Shown here piece by piece: positions 12,546-22,358 of a stretch of 64,000 bases of DNA. The translations under genes and the position numbers were made by a program. The stretch spans positions 288,001-352,000 of the forward strand of contig CAVZDU010000001.1 in assembly GCA_963774265.1 (NCBI GenBank), given 5' to 3'. The notes beneath the pieces were generated by a model. The model did no database searches. It was given only the letters and a program-made list of their open reading frames with translations, and was not told the origin of the DNA. Positions within the stretch are counted from its first letter, which is position 1; the number at the start of each line of letters is the position of its first letter. Origin of the DNA: an uncultured Chloroflexia bacterium. Lineage in GTDB: Bacteria > Chloroflexota > Anaerolineae > CG2-30-64-16.

Positions 12546-12627
12546 AGGTTGAAGGGAAAGGTGCCAGGTTTCCGCTGACCCTGCGCGATCCCTGGCTCCT
12601 TCAACCTTGAACCGTGAACCTGCAACC
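12546..12627. repeat. Short heptamer tandem repeats with an inverted partner
   Basis: CCTTCAA-CCTTGAA-CCGTGAA-CCTGCAA at 12598-12625; complementary AGGTTGAAGG at 12546-12555. Confidence 0.5.
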
Positions 12628-14386
12628 ATGCACATTCCCATCCTCCACCAAGACGACGACATCATCGTCGTGGACAAGCCGGCCGGCATCCCGACGCACG
12701 CGCCGGACCCTGCCGATCCCGTATCCCGGCGACGCACTGCGCATCGTCCAGGCGCAGGAGGGGCTGCCCTATCTGGGGATGCACCAGCGGCTGGATGCGG
12801 ACACGTCGGGCGTGCTGCTGTTCTCCGCGCGGCCCGAGGCGAACCGCGCCCTGGCAGCGACTTTCGAGGGTCGCGCGGCGCGGAAAGTGTACTTCGCGGC
12901 CGTCCTAGGAGCGCCTGAGGTGGATGAGTCGACCATCGACGCGGCCATCGCGCGGGATCGCGACGGGCGTTACCGGGTGACGACGCGCAAAGACCCTGCT
13001 GGACAGCCCGCTCGAACCCGCTGCCGGGTGGTGGACAAGGGGTGGATCGGCAAGAGGGGGCAGGGCCTGCCGTTTGCCGTGATTGAGGCCATCCCTGAAA
13101 CCGGGCGCACGCACCAGATTCGCCTGCACCTGGCACATGTGGGGCTTCCCGTCCTGGGGGATGCGCTGTATGGGGGCATGGCGGCGGCGTTCCCGCGACT
13201 CTGCCTGCACGCGGCCGAGCTGACCATCCCGCATCCCACGACCGGCAAGCGCATCACTTTCCACGCGGCCCTGCCCGCGCCGTTTGACCGCCTCGTGACG
13301 GGCGTGCCGGAGCCGGCGCTCGCGGTGTTGGGCCGCGCCCCGCTGCACATCCGCCAGGCGTGGGCGGGGTCGCCGGACCTGGTGCGCGGGCTGGTCCGCT
13401 TGGCCGTCGAGCGCCGTGCGCCGCTCGCAGCCGATCCCGACACCACCATCTATCGCGTCATCAACGCTGCCGGCGACGCGCTGCCTGGTCTGACCGCAGA
13501 TCGCTTCGGCGATGCGCTCGTGGTCAGCATCTACGACGATGACGACATCATGCCCCCGCAGCCGATCCCCGATGGACTGGCGCCCGTGCTGGCGCAGGCA
13601 TCCGGAGCGGCCTCGGTTTACGTCAAATATCGCCCGCGCCAGGCCAGCCGCGTTCCGGAGGAGGAGATGGCCCTCCTTGCGCCGCCGTTGCCCGTCTTCG
13701 GCCCGGACCTGGGAGCACTCCGACGCGATCAAACCTCGGAGGTTTCCGGCTTCGTGGCGCGCGAAGAGGGGCTCAACTACCTGATTCGCTCGACAGATGG
13801 CCTCAGCAGCGGCCTGTTTGCGGACATGCGCGAGGGTCGCGCGCGGGTGCGCGCGTGGGCCGAGGGTTGCACGGTGTTGAACACCTTCGCCTACACCTGC
13901 GGCTTCGGCGTGGCCGCGCTGGCGGGCGGCGCAGGCCGCGTGCTGAACCTCGACCTCTCGCGCAATGTGCTGGCGTGGGGCCAGGAAAACTACCGGCTCA
14001 ACGGCTTCGAGCCGGACGGCCGCGACTTCGTCTTCGGCGACGTCTTCGATTGGCTGACCCGGTTCGCGCGCCGCGGTGATTCCTTCGACCTGGTCATCCT
14101 CGACCCGCCGAGCTTCTCCAAGACCAAGACCACGCGCTTCTCCGCCGCAAAGGACACTGCACAACTGGCCGAACTGGCCGCGAAGGTCGTGAGCCCGGGC
14201 GGACGCCTGCTCGCGTGCAGCAACCTGGCTGAGCTGCCGTGGCGGGCGTTCCGCGAGCGCGTGCTGGCGGGCGTCGCGTCTGCCAGCCGTGGCGGCCAGG
14301 TCATTGGCGTCTACCACGAACCCACGGTGGACTTCCCGACCAACGGCGAACCCTACCTCAAAATGGCCCTGGTGCAGCTCAGCTGA
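12628..14386 (+). CDS. RluA-family pseudouridine synthase fused to an RlmI/RlmK-type SAM methyltransferase (one frameshift near 12720)
   Basis: DKPAGIPTH, HQRLDADTSG, TGRTHQIRLH and GDALYG, followed in the same frame by GLFADMRE, VLNTFAYTCGFG and FDLVILDPPSF. Confidence 0.88.
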
Positions 14387-14418
14387 TAGAATAGGGTATC
14401 TTGTCATCAGGAGCACTT

Positions 14419-15279
14419 ATGACGGTTCATATCCTGACCGATTCAAGCCATTATCTTGATCCGGCTACGGTCGAGGCGCTCAAAATCCATGTCCTCCCGC
14501 TCACTCTTCACCTGGCCGGCCAGGACCGCCGCGAACGGCTGGACATCACGACCGAGGAGTTGTTCGTCGCGCTTAGAGACCGGAACGCGGGCTGGCCGAC
14601 GACCGCGGCAATATCGCCGGGGGCCCTGTACACGGCCTACGACGAGCTGACGCGCAACGGCGATGAGGTGGTGGGCATCTTCATGTCACGGGGCACCAGC
14701 ATGACGGTCGAAAACGCGCAAATCACCGCTGCGGAACACCCGGCCCGCAAACGCATCCATGTCGTCGACTCGTTAGCCATTTCCGGCCCCCTCGCACTCA
14801 CGCTGCTGACGATCGGGCGGCTAGCCGCGGACGGGATGGCGGCCAAGGACCTGGCGCGCGTGGCGCGCACGATGGGCGAGCGAATGCACGTGATGTTCAC
14901 GGTGGACACGCTGGATTACCTGCATCGCGGCGGCCGGTTGAAGGGCAGCCAGGCGTTGGCCGGCACGCTGCTCAGCATCAAACCCGTCCTCTACCTGAAC
15001 GAGGGCCGGATCGAGCCGTGGAGCAAGGCGCGCGGCAAGAAGAAAGCCCTCGACACGATGCTCGAGGAGACTGTCAAGGCCATGCCCGCGGGCGAGCCGG
15101 TGCGCGCTCTCATCTTTGATACTAACGCAGCGGAAGAGGCAGAATCGCTGGGCAATGCACTCCGCGAGCGGCTGAACGTGGAGCAACTTTACCGCAACCC
15201 GATCGGACCTGTCGTGGCCGCTCACGTTGGACCGGGTTGCGTGGCGATGGCGGTTTGCCCTGTGAGCGCGATGTGCTAA
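14419..15279 (+). CDS. DegV-family fatty-acid-binding protein
   Basis: ILTDSS, PTTAA, VVDS, TLDYLHRGGR, LLSIKP and AHVGPG motifs. Confidence 0.93.
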   Translation: MTVHILTDSSHYLDPATVEALKIHVLPLTLHLAGQDRRERLDITTEELFVALRDRNAGWPTTAAISPGALYTAYDELTRNGDEVVGIFMSRGTSMTVENAQITAAEHPARKRIHVVDSLAISGPLALTLLTIGRLAADGMAAKDLARVARTMGERMHVMFTVDTLDYLHRGGRLKGSQALAGTLLSIKPVLYLNEGRIEPWSKARGKKKALDTMLEETVKAMPAGEPVRALIFDTNAAEEAESLGNALRERLNVEQLYRNPIGPVVAAHVGPGCVAMAVCPVSAMC

Positions 15280-16223
15280 TGTCGTGGGAGCCGGCCTACC
15301 TTGCGCTGCATCGCAGCGGGGAGCTGCGCCGCCGCGCGCGTGAGGCGATGGCAAGCCTGGCTAGCTGCGAGCTGTGCCCCCACCGGTGCCGGGCCAACCG
15401 GCTGGAGGGCAAGCACGGCGTCTGCCGCGTCGCCGCCGACCCGGTGATCGCCTCGTGGAATGTCCACCACTGGGAAGAGCCACCCATTTCCGGCACGCGC
15501 GGCTCGGGCACCATCTTCTTCTCCAGTTGCACGGGCAGGTGCTGTTTCTGCCAGAACTATTCCATCAGCCAGCTCGGCTACGGCAACAAGGTCACGATCG
15601 AGCGCTTTGCCGGCATGATGCTCGAGCTGCAGCGCCGCGGGGTGCACAACATCAACTTCGTCACCCCGACGCATTTCGCCGCCCAAATCCTGGCCGCGGT
15701 CGACGTAGCTGCCGGCTGGGGGCTGCGCATCCCCCTGGTGTACAACACCAGCGGTTATGAGCGGGTCGAAACGTTGCGCCTGCTGGCCGGCGTGATCGAC
15801 ATCTATCTCCCCGATATCAAGTACACCGACGACGAAGTCGCGAAGCGGCTGTCCGGTTTTCCGCACTACGTCGAGCACAACCGGGCGGCATTGGCTGAGA
15901 TGTTCGGGCAAGTCGGCCCAACGCTCCTGTGCGACGAGTTGGGCGTTGCGCAGCGCGGGATGATCATCCGCCACCTCGTGTTGCCCGCGGGCCTGGCCGA
16001 TACACCGGGCGCCATGCGCTGGATCGCGGCGGAACTCTCGCCCGAGGTTTACGTCAGCGTGATGGACCAGTACTTCCCGACCTACCGGACCCTGGACGAT
16101 CCGGTGCTCGGCCGGAAGATCACCGAGGAAGAGTACGATGCCGCCCTGGACGCATTCGAGGCTGCCGGGCTGCAAAACGGCTGGCTGCAGGATCACGAAT
16201 GTAACGAAGAGACAACAGGGTGA
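15279..16223 (+). CDS. PflX-like radical SAM protein
   Basis: CELCPHRC, EEPPISGTRGSGTIFF, CTGRCCFCQN, HNINFVTPTH, YLPDIKY, IIRHLVLP. Confidence 0.9.
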   Translation: MSWEPAYLALHRSGELRRRAREAMASLASCELCPHRCRANRLEGKHGVCRVAADPVIASWNVHHWEEPPISGTRGSGTIFFSSCTGRCCFCQNYSISQLGYGNKVTIERFAGMMLELQRRGVHNINFVTPTHFAAQILAAVDVAAGWGLRIPLVYNTSGYERVETLRLLAGVIDIYLPDIKYTDDEVAKRLSGFPHYVEHNRAALAEMFGQVGPTLLCDELGVAQRGMIIRHLVLPAGLADTPGAMRWIAAELSPEVYVSVMDQYFPTYRTLDDPVLGRKITEEEYDAALDAFEAAGLQNGWLQDHECNEETTG

Positions 16224-17158
16224 TGGAAGGACAAAAGCGGCACTCGCTGAGCATCACTGCGGTCAACGTTGGGCTGGCAGCCAATGCGCTGCTGGCACTG
16301 CTCAAGGTGACCTTCGGGATCATCGGCAATAGCCCCGCGCTGCTCGCGGACGGCGTCAACTCCACCTCTGACGTCGCGTACTACGTCGTCGTCCGCATCT
16401 TCATGCAGCTGGCGCGCAAGCCCGCGGATCGGGAACACCCCTACGGCCACTCGCAACTGGAAAGCATCGCCGCGCTGATCGTCGGCGCGTTCGTCATCAC
16501 AACCGCGGTCGCAATCTTCTGGGACGCCATCAACAATGTCTATACGCTCTGGTCGGGGCAGGGAACCTTCGAAGGGGCCGCGCCCATGGCCTTCATCGTC
16601 GCCGTGTTCACCGTTGTTCTCAAGATAGGCCTGTTGATCTACACCCGGCACATCGGCAAGGTCACGGGGAACGTCGCTGTTACGGCGCTGGCCCAGGACC
16701 ACCGCAACGACATATTTGCGGCGTCCGGTGCGGCGCTAGGCATCTTCCTCGGTCGTAGTGGAGTGCCTTGGGGCGACCCGCTGGCAGGCGCCGTCGTCGC
16801 CCTGCTCATCCTGCGCACGGGCATCATGATTCTGTCGGACGCCTCAGCAGAGCTGATGGACAATGTACCGGGCGACAAGTTGGCGACGCAAGTGCAGACG
16901 GTGCTGGCCGACGTGCCGGGCGTTCAATGCGTCGAAGAGGTTTACGCACACCGTTTCGGCCCGTACCTGGTGCTGAATGTGACCGTGGGGATCGACGGGT
17001 CGCTGTCTGTCGCAGCGGGCGATTCCATCGCCTCAGACGTCGAGCGCCGGCTCTACGACAAGATCGGGCTGCTGCGCCGGGTTCACGTCCACTACCACCC
17101 GGTGGGGGTCGCGCGCCTGCCTGAAGCCGGTCTACCACCCAAAAGCGTGATTGAGTGA
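16220..17158 (+). CDS. Cation diffusion facilitator (FieF-like) transporter
   Basis: ALLADGVNSTSD, PADREHPYGH, DHRND; six TM segments and a C-terminal HVHYHP. Confidence 0.92.
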   Translation: MMEGQKRHSLSITAVNVGLAANALLALLKVTFGIIGNSPALLADGVNSTSDVAYYVVVRIFMQLARKPADREHPYGHSQLESIAALIVGAFVITTAVAIFWDAINNVYTLWSGQGTFEGAAPMAFIVAVFTVVLKIGLLIYTRHIGKVTGNVAVTALAQDHRNDIFAASGAALGIFLGRSGVPWGDPLAGAVVALLILRTGIMILSDASAELMDNVPGDKLATQVQTVLADVPGVQCVEEVYAHRFGPYLVLNVTVGIDGSLSVAAGDSIASDVERRLYDKIGLLRRVHVHYHPVGVARLPEAGLPPKSVIE

Positions 17159-17394
17159 TTATTCGTAGCGAGGACGCCGGGTCTGTGACGTGTATCGCCT
17201 GAGATCGCGTTAGCTGCGAGCCAGGCGTCAGGGTGTCTTGGCACATCTGAAGGAAAGTTAATTTTGCTCCTGGCAAATTTCATCACGAGTTCATTTGGAC
17301 GCGTTACGGTCATCATAATCCACCAAAGCCAAATACGCAGACTCTTGGCAGCTTCTCTCGTAGGCCACCGTGGTTAAAGGGAAGTGTTCGCGAC

Positions 17395-17676
17395 ATGGAA
17401 AACATGCCCCCCCTCCGTGCTTTCCTCGAGCAAGAAATTCGCGTCTGGCTTAAGCAGCACTTAGCCGAAAAGCCAGGTGCGGAACCCGCGCAAATTGGCC
17501 TGCAGACCCCCGTCAAGCGTTTCGGCCTGCCCATGAGCGAAGTGATGGTTCTATGGGACAGTCTCCACTGGTGTCGTCGAGATTCTGCCGACGGACCCGC
17601 TTCTGCTGATCCCAGCGATTCAGAACGCGGTCCGTTGTTCTATCCATATTGCGCGCAGGGAAGTCGCCAACTATGA
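17395..17676 (+). CDS. Small protein with a degenerate carrier-protein-like N-terminus
   Basis: Stop overlaps the permease ATG (ATGA). IRVWLKQHLAE...AQIGLQTPVKRFGL resembles ACP helix I and loop, but the GLDS serine motif is absent. Confidence 0.4.
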   Translation: MENMPPLRAFLEQEIRVWLKQHLAEKPGAEPAQIGLQTPVKRFGLPMSEVMVLWDSLHWCRRDSADGPASADPSDSERGPLFYPYCAQGSRQL

Positions 17677-20261
17677 AGCATACTCCTTCGCTCGCCCTAC
17701 GCTCACTACTTGCTCGCCCAGTGCGGACGCTGCTCACCACGTCCGGCATCATCCTGGGCGTGGCAGTGATCCTGGCGATCAGCATCACGAACCTGAGCAC
17801 GATGAAATCCATCGCCACGCTGTTCAACGAAGCCTCCGGCAAGGCTCACCTGGTGGTGACGAGTTCATGGACCGGTGATCCGGGATTCCCGCAAGATGTC
17901 ATGGACCGGATCGCCAACCAACCCGGTGTAAAGGCCTTAGTCCCAACCCTCCATGTTCAAACGCTGCTGGCCGATGAATTGACCCCTGCTGAGATCGGCG
18001 TCAGCTTATTCGGGGCAGTTCGTGGCTCGCTTGCCTTGTACGGAATTGATCCGGCTCTTGATGTAGAGGCGCGCGAGTACAAGATCGTCGAGGGTAAGTT
18101 CCTATCATCCAGGGAACCGGAAGCCTACGATGTAGTGCTGGTGCAGGATTTCGCCGCTGAAAAGGAACTGCAGGTAGGCGACCAGCTTCGAATCGTCGTG
18201 CCCGGAGGAACCGAAGAGCTGCGAGTCGTGGGCTTGATGTCCAAGGAAGGCCCCGGGCAGATCAACAACGGCGCGTTCGGGGTGATCCCACTGCAAACAG
18301 CGCAGGCGCTTTACTCCCGCTCGGGAGAGCTAGACCAAATCGATATTGTCGCGCTGCCAGAGGCCGCCAGCGGACAAGATCTGGACAAACTGCAGGCGTC
18401 GCTCCAGGCGCGGCTGGGTTCAGACTATGCCGTCGTTTATCCGGCCAGCCAGGGCAAGCGCGTAACGCAGATGCTCGACACGTACCAACTCGGCCTGAAC
18501 TTCTTCAGTGTGGTTGCGCTATTCGTGGGCGGGTTCCTGATCTACAATGCCTTCTCCATGACCGTCGTGGAACGCACCCGCGAGATAGGCATGCTCCGCA
18601 CATTGGGGATGACACGCGGCCAGGTCATGCGACAGATTCTGACCGAGGCCAGCATCGTGGCCGTCATCGGCTCGGCTTTGGGCGTTGGGACCGGCGTGCT
18701 CCTGGCGCGCGGGTTGATTCGCCTCATGGAGCTATTGGTGGCCCAGGAGGTGGTGCAGACCCAGGTGCCCCTGGATGGTCTCATCACAAGCGTATTCGTG
18801 GGCATCGGCGTGACGATCGTGGCCGCAGGCCTGCCTGCCTGGCAAGCCGGGCGCATCTCCCCCCTTGAAGCGCTGCGCATCCGAGGCAGCTCGCGTGAGA
18901 ATTGGGTGGTCGTTAAAGGTTGGCGCGTCGGTCTTGCGCTCTGTGTCGTCTCGCTGATATTGATTCTCTTCCGGCCTTTTCCGGTGGCTGTCCAGTACCA
19001 TCTCAGCCAGGCTGCCGTTTTCGGCCTGTTTGTGGGCGTGACGCTGCTGATCCCAGTCACGGTGAGCGCCTGGGAAAGGGTGACGCGGACGCCGATGCGG
19101 CGGATCTACGGCGCAGAGGGCCAACTCGGGAGCCGCAACACGCAGCGCGCCAGATTTCGGACCGCGCTCACCGTCGCGGCCCTGATGGTGGGCGCCGCAA
19201 TGATCCTCGGTGTTCGCGGCATGACCGACGCCTTCAAACACGACATCACGAGCTGGATAGAAGTCTACATCGGCGGCGACCTTTATGTTTACTCGTCGAT
19301 GCCCATGCGCGCTGATCTGGCGCGCCGGCTCGAAGGCGTGGATGGGGTGGCTGCCGCGACGCCGTTTCGCTATGTCGATGCAGAAGCAACCAGGCCGGAC
19401 GGCAAGAGCGAGTGGTTGATCTTCACCGGGCTCGACCCCGAGTCACATGAACAGGTTACATCGTTTATTTTTGCCGCCGGCCAGGGCGACCCTGCCCAAC
19501 TGCTTAGCCGACTGGCCGCTGGGGATGCCATTTTCATCTCAAGCGTTCTGTCCGAGCGGTACGGGCTCAAAAAAGGTGACACCTTGCGGCTGTCAACCAA
19601 ACGCGGCAAGCACGACTTCGAGATCGCTGCGGTCGTGGTGGATTTTTACAATCAGGGCCTGATCGTTGACGGAAACTGGAGCGATCTGCGCCGCTATTTC
19701 GGGGTGAATGATGTCAATTCTTTCCTGCTGAAGATCGAGCCCGGCCGTCCGGTCGATGCGATCAAAGCGGACATCGACCGCCTCTACAGCCAGCGGTATC
19801 ACTTGACGACCGAATCCAACAAGGCGTTGAAGGCGCGCGCGCTTCAGCTGGCCTCTCAAGCCTTCAGCATGTTCGACGTGCTGGCGCTGATCGCCATGAT
19901 CGTAGCCGCCTTGGGCGTGGTGAACACGCTGATGATGAACGTATTGGAACGGACGCGCGAGATAGGCATGCTGCGCAGCCTGGGGATGACCCGGCGCCAG
20001 GTCGCCAAGATGATCCTGGCGGAAGCCGGGCTCATCGGGATCATTGGCGGTGTCTTCGGCCTCGGCTTTGGCTTGTTTCTGTCGCGCTTAATCTTGACCG
20101 CTGCCAACGCGATTCAAGGCTACGACCTGACCTATGTGCTGCCGAAGGAAGGAATAGTGATCAGCCTGTTTATCGCGCTGATCACGTCTCAGATTGCCGC
20201 GATCTGGCCTGCCCGTCGCGCAGCCGGGATCCGGATCATCGAAGCCATTCAGTTTGAATGA
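17673..20261 (+). CDS. FtsX/MacB-type ABC transporter permease (duplicated unit)
   Basis: Two ERTREIGMLR.LG repeats, two extracytoplasmic domains, PAWQAGRISPLEALR and PARRAAGIRIIEAIQFE. Confidence 0.93.
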   Translation: MKHTPSLALRSLLARPVRTLLTTSGIILGVAVILAISITNLSTMKSIATLFNEASGKAHLVVTSSWTGDPGFPQDVMDRIANQPGVKALVPTLHVQTLLADELTPAEIGVSLFGAVRGSLALYGIDPALDVEAREYKIVEGKFLSSREPEAYDVVLVQDFAAEKELQVGDQLRIVVPGGTEELRVVGLMSKEGPGQINNGAFGVIPLQTAQALYSRSGELDQIDIVALPEAASGQDLDKLQASLQARLGSDYAVVYPASQGKRVTQMLDTYQLGLNFFSVVALFVGGFLIYNAFSMTVVERTREIGMLRTLGMTRGQVMRQILTEASIVAVIGSALGVGTGVLLARGLIRLMELLVAQEVVQTQVPLDGLITSVFVGIGVTIVAAGLPAWQAGRISPLEALRIRGSSRENWVVVKGWRVGLALCVVSLILILFRPFPVAVQYHLSQAAVFGLFVGVTLLIPVTVSAWERVTRTPMRRIYGAEGQLGSRNTQRARFRTALTVAALMVGAAMILGVRGMTDAFKHDITSWIEVYIGGDLYVYSSMPMRADLARRLEGVDGVAAATPFRYVDAEATRPDGKSEWLIFTGLDPESHEQVTSFIFAAGQGDPAQLLSRLAAGDAIFISSVLSERYGLKKGDTLRLSTKRGKHDFEIAAVVVDFYNQGLIVDGNWSDLRRYFGVNDVNSFLLKIEPGRPVDAIKADIDRLYSQRYHLTTESNKALKARALQLASQAFSMFDVLALIAMIVAALGVVNTLMMNVLERTREIGMLRSLGMTRRQVAKMILAEAGLIGIIGGVFGLGFGLFLSRLILTAANAIQGYDLTYVLPKEGIVISLFIALITSQIAAIWPARRAAGIRIIEAIQFE

Positions 20262-20323
20262 GCAGATCTGCGTCAGGGGATGAACTCCCGTGCGGGAGCA
20301 ACATGCAATAGGAGGGTCCTGCC

Positions 20324-22000
20324 ATGCCAAAACTGCTGCTGACTTCTGATCTCACGCTCTACGGCGCGCTGCACAAAATCATCGCAGCAAATCGTCGGAA
20401 GCCAGCCGTGACGTTTGAGGGCCAGACGATCACCTACCAAGAGTTGGGCGAGCGCGTCGATGCCCTTGCGCATGGCTTGCGCGGTTTAGGGGTTGGCCCA
20501 GGCGACCGAATTGCCGTCATTCTCCCGAACTGCCTGGAATTCGTCTATGCTTTCTTTGCGCCCGGGGCGCTTGGGGCTGTGATGATCCCCATTAATCCGG
20601 TATCCACCCAGCGGGAGATGCAGCACATCCTTGCGGACTGTGAGGCTTCGGTGGTTATCACGGAAGCCCGTCCGATGGGCAACAATCTACCGGCGATCCT
20701 ACAAGCCATCCGGCCGTCGTTGTCCAAATTGCGCCATGTAGTCATGCGCGGCGAGGCCATGCCGGGAGCGATAGTCTTGACGGAGCTGATGCGAGAGGCG
20801 GGGCTCCTGCAGCCGGAACAGGTGTCGCCCGAGGATCTCTGCGCCCTGATCTACACATCGGGCACCACGGGCACCCCAAAGGCGGTGATGCAGAGCCATC
20901 GCAGCATCATCGCGGCCGTCAGGTACGGTGAGAGTTCCATTAAAGAATTAACAAGCGCGCGATTCTTGCTCAAACTCCTCCGCACATACGATCTGCGCTT
21001 CCTGAAATGGGCTTTGCGCCAGCACTCGGCCCTTTCGCCTGCGGCGATGCATGCTCTGCTGGGCTACAGCGCGCTTGTGTATGGCCTGCTGTACGGCTCC
21101 AGGGTCGTGATCGCCGATCGCTTCAATCCGGCCAAGGTGCTGGCGCTGATCGAGCAAGAGCAGGTTAACATGCTCATGGCAACGCCCACGATGGTTTCGG
21201 CGCTATTGAACAGCCGGGAGTTCTCTCCGCGCAAGGTCACCTCTTTGCTTTACGTCGCAATGGGTGCTGCCCCCTGTCCGCCAGAGTTGGTGCGCCGGGC
21301 GCGGGAGATGTTCGGCTGCCCTGTGCTGATCGCTTTCGGTGCGACCGAGATCGGGGTGACGCTCACGACGAGCCCCACTGACTCTGATGCGATGCAGTTG
21401 GAGACTGTTGGGCGCCTGATCCCAGGCATCGAGGCCAAGGTAGTGGATGAGCAACATCGAGAGATGCCGCGCGGCCAGACAGGGGAGCTGGCTATGCGCC
21501 TGCCCAGCGTGATGCTCGGTTACTACAACGCACCGGAAACAAACGCCACGGTGTTTGACCAGGAAGGCTGGTACTTTACGGGCGACCTGGCCACCATGGA
21601 CGAGGAAGGCTATTTCCGCATCGTGGGACGCAAGAAGGATATGATCATCCGCGGCGGCCAGAACATCTATCCCCCCGAAATCGAAAACCATCTATCGGGC
21701 AAGCCCGGCATCGCCAACGTGGCCGTCGTCGGCGTACCTGACCCCGTCGCCGGCGAGCGCGTCTGGGCCTTCGTCCTGCCAACGGAAGGTGCGCAGTTGA
21801 CGCCTGCCGACGTCTTAGGTTACTGCCGCGGTGAACTGGCCCCGTACAAGGTGCCCGAACAAGTACGCGTGGTGTCTGAGCTGCCAATGACGAGCACCGG
21901 AAAAGTACAGAAGTTCGTGCTACGCGCGCGCGCTCTCAAGGAACTGGAGCAGGCGGGAGCCGCCACGGCGCCGGGACCGAGGCAAGATGCATCTTCATGA
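20324..22000 (+). CDS. Class I adenylate-forming enzyme (acyl-CoA or acyl-ACP ligase)
   Basis: YTSGTTGTPK, GATE, TGDL, GRKKDMIIRGGQNIYP and PMTSTGKV motifs. Confidence 0.93.
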   Translation: MPKLLLTSDLTLYGALHKIIAANRRKPAVTFEGQTITYQELGERVDALAHGLRGLGVGPGDRIAVILPNCLEFVYAFFAPGALGAVMIPINPVSTQREMQHILADCEASVVITEARPMGNNLPAILQAIRPSLSKLRHVVMRGEAMPGAIVLTELMREAGLLQPEQVSPEDLCALIYTSGTTGTPKAVMQSHRSIIAAVRYGESSIKELTSARFLLKLLRTYDLRFLKWALRQHSALSPAAMHALLGYSALVYGLLYGSRVVIADRFNPAKVLALIEQEQVNMLMATPTMVSALLNSREFSPRKVTSLLYVAMGAAPCPPELVRRAREMFGCPVLIAFGATEIGVTLTTSPTDSDAMQLETVGRLIPGIEAKVVDEQHREMPRGQTGELAMRLPSVMLGYYNAPETNATVFDQEGWYFTGDLATMDEEGYFRIVGRKKDMIIRGGQNIYPPEIENHLSGKPGIANVAVVGVPDPVAGERVWAFVLPTEGAQLTPADVLGYCRGELAPYKVPEQVRVVSELPMTSTGKVQKFVLRARALKELEQAGAATAPGPRQDASS

Positions 22001-22053
22001 GGCGCTTAAGTGTGTCCGAAACAAACACGAGGGGGAATAGCGGAGGGAGACCC

Positions 22054-22332
22054 ATGCCACAGCCCACAGTCGCATCGTTCGAGGAATTTCGTCAGTTCCT
22101 GTCAGATCAACTCGCCGTCTCCAAGGAGGTGCTGACACCGGACACGAATTTCTTGTACGACCTGGCGATCGAGTCCCTGAAATTGCTGGAATTGATGCTG
22201 CAATTCGAGCTCCAGCTCGGTGTGCGCGTCCCCAGCGACGCAGCCTGGGAGGTCCAGACAGTTGGTGACGCGTACCAGCTCTACGTTGACCTGGTCCAGG
22301 AGGATCCGCAGTCTCGAATGACGCGGAGCTGA
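22054..22332 (+). CDS. Acyl carrier protein
   Basis: DLAIESL (phosphopantetheine Ser), ELMLQFELQLGV, QTVGD; acidic, ~92 aa; GGAGGG RBS. Confidence 0.88.
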   Translation: MPQPTVASFEEFRQFLSDQLAVSKEVLTPDTNFLYDLAIESLKLLELMLQFELQLGVRVPSDAAWEVQTVGDAYQLYVDLVQEDPQSRMTRS

Positions 22333-22358
22333 GATGCTTTCCGGTGCGGGAGTGCAAG

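Noticed and set aside
12905-14416. 503-aa minus-strand ORF and similar long antisense ORFs (15276-16196, 40053-41039, 60274-61485)
   Set aside because: They are shadows of well-supported plus-strand genes and have no recognisable motifs.
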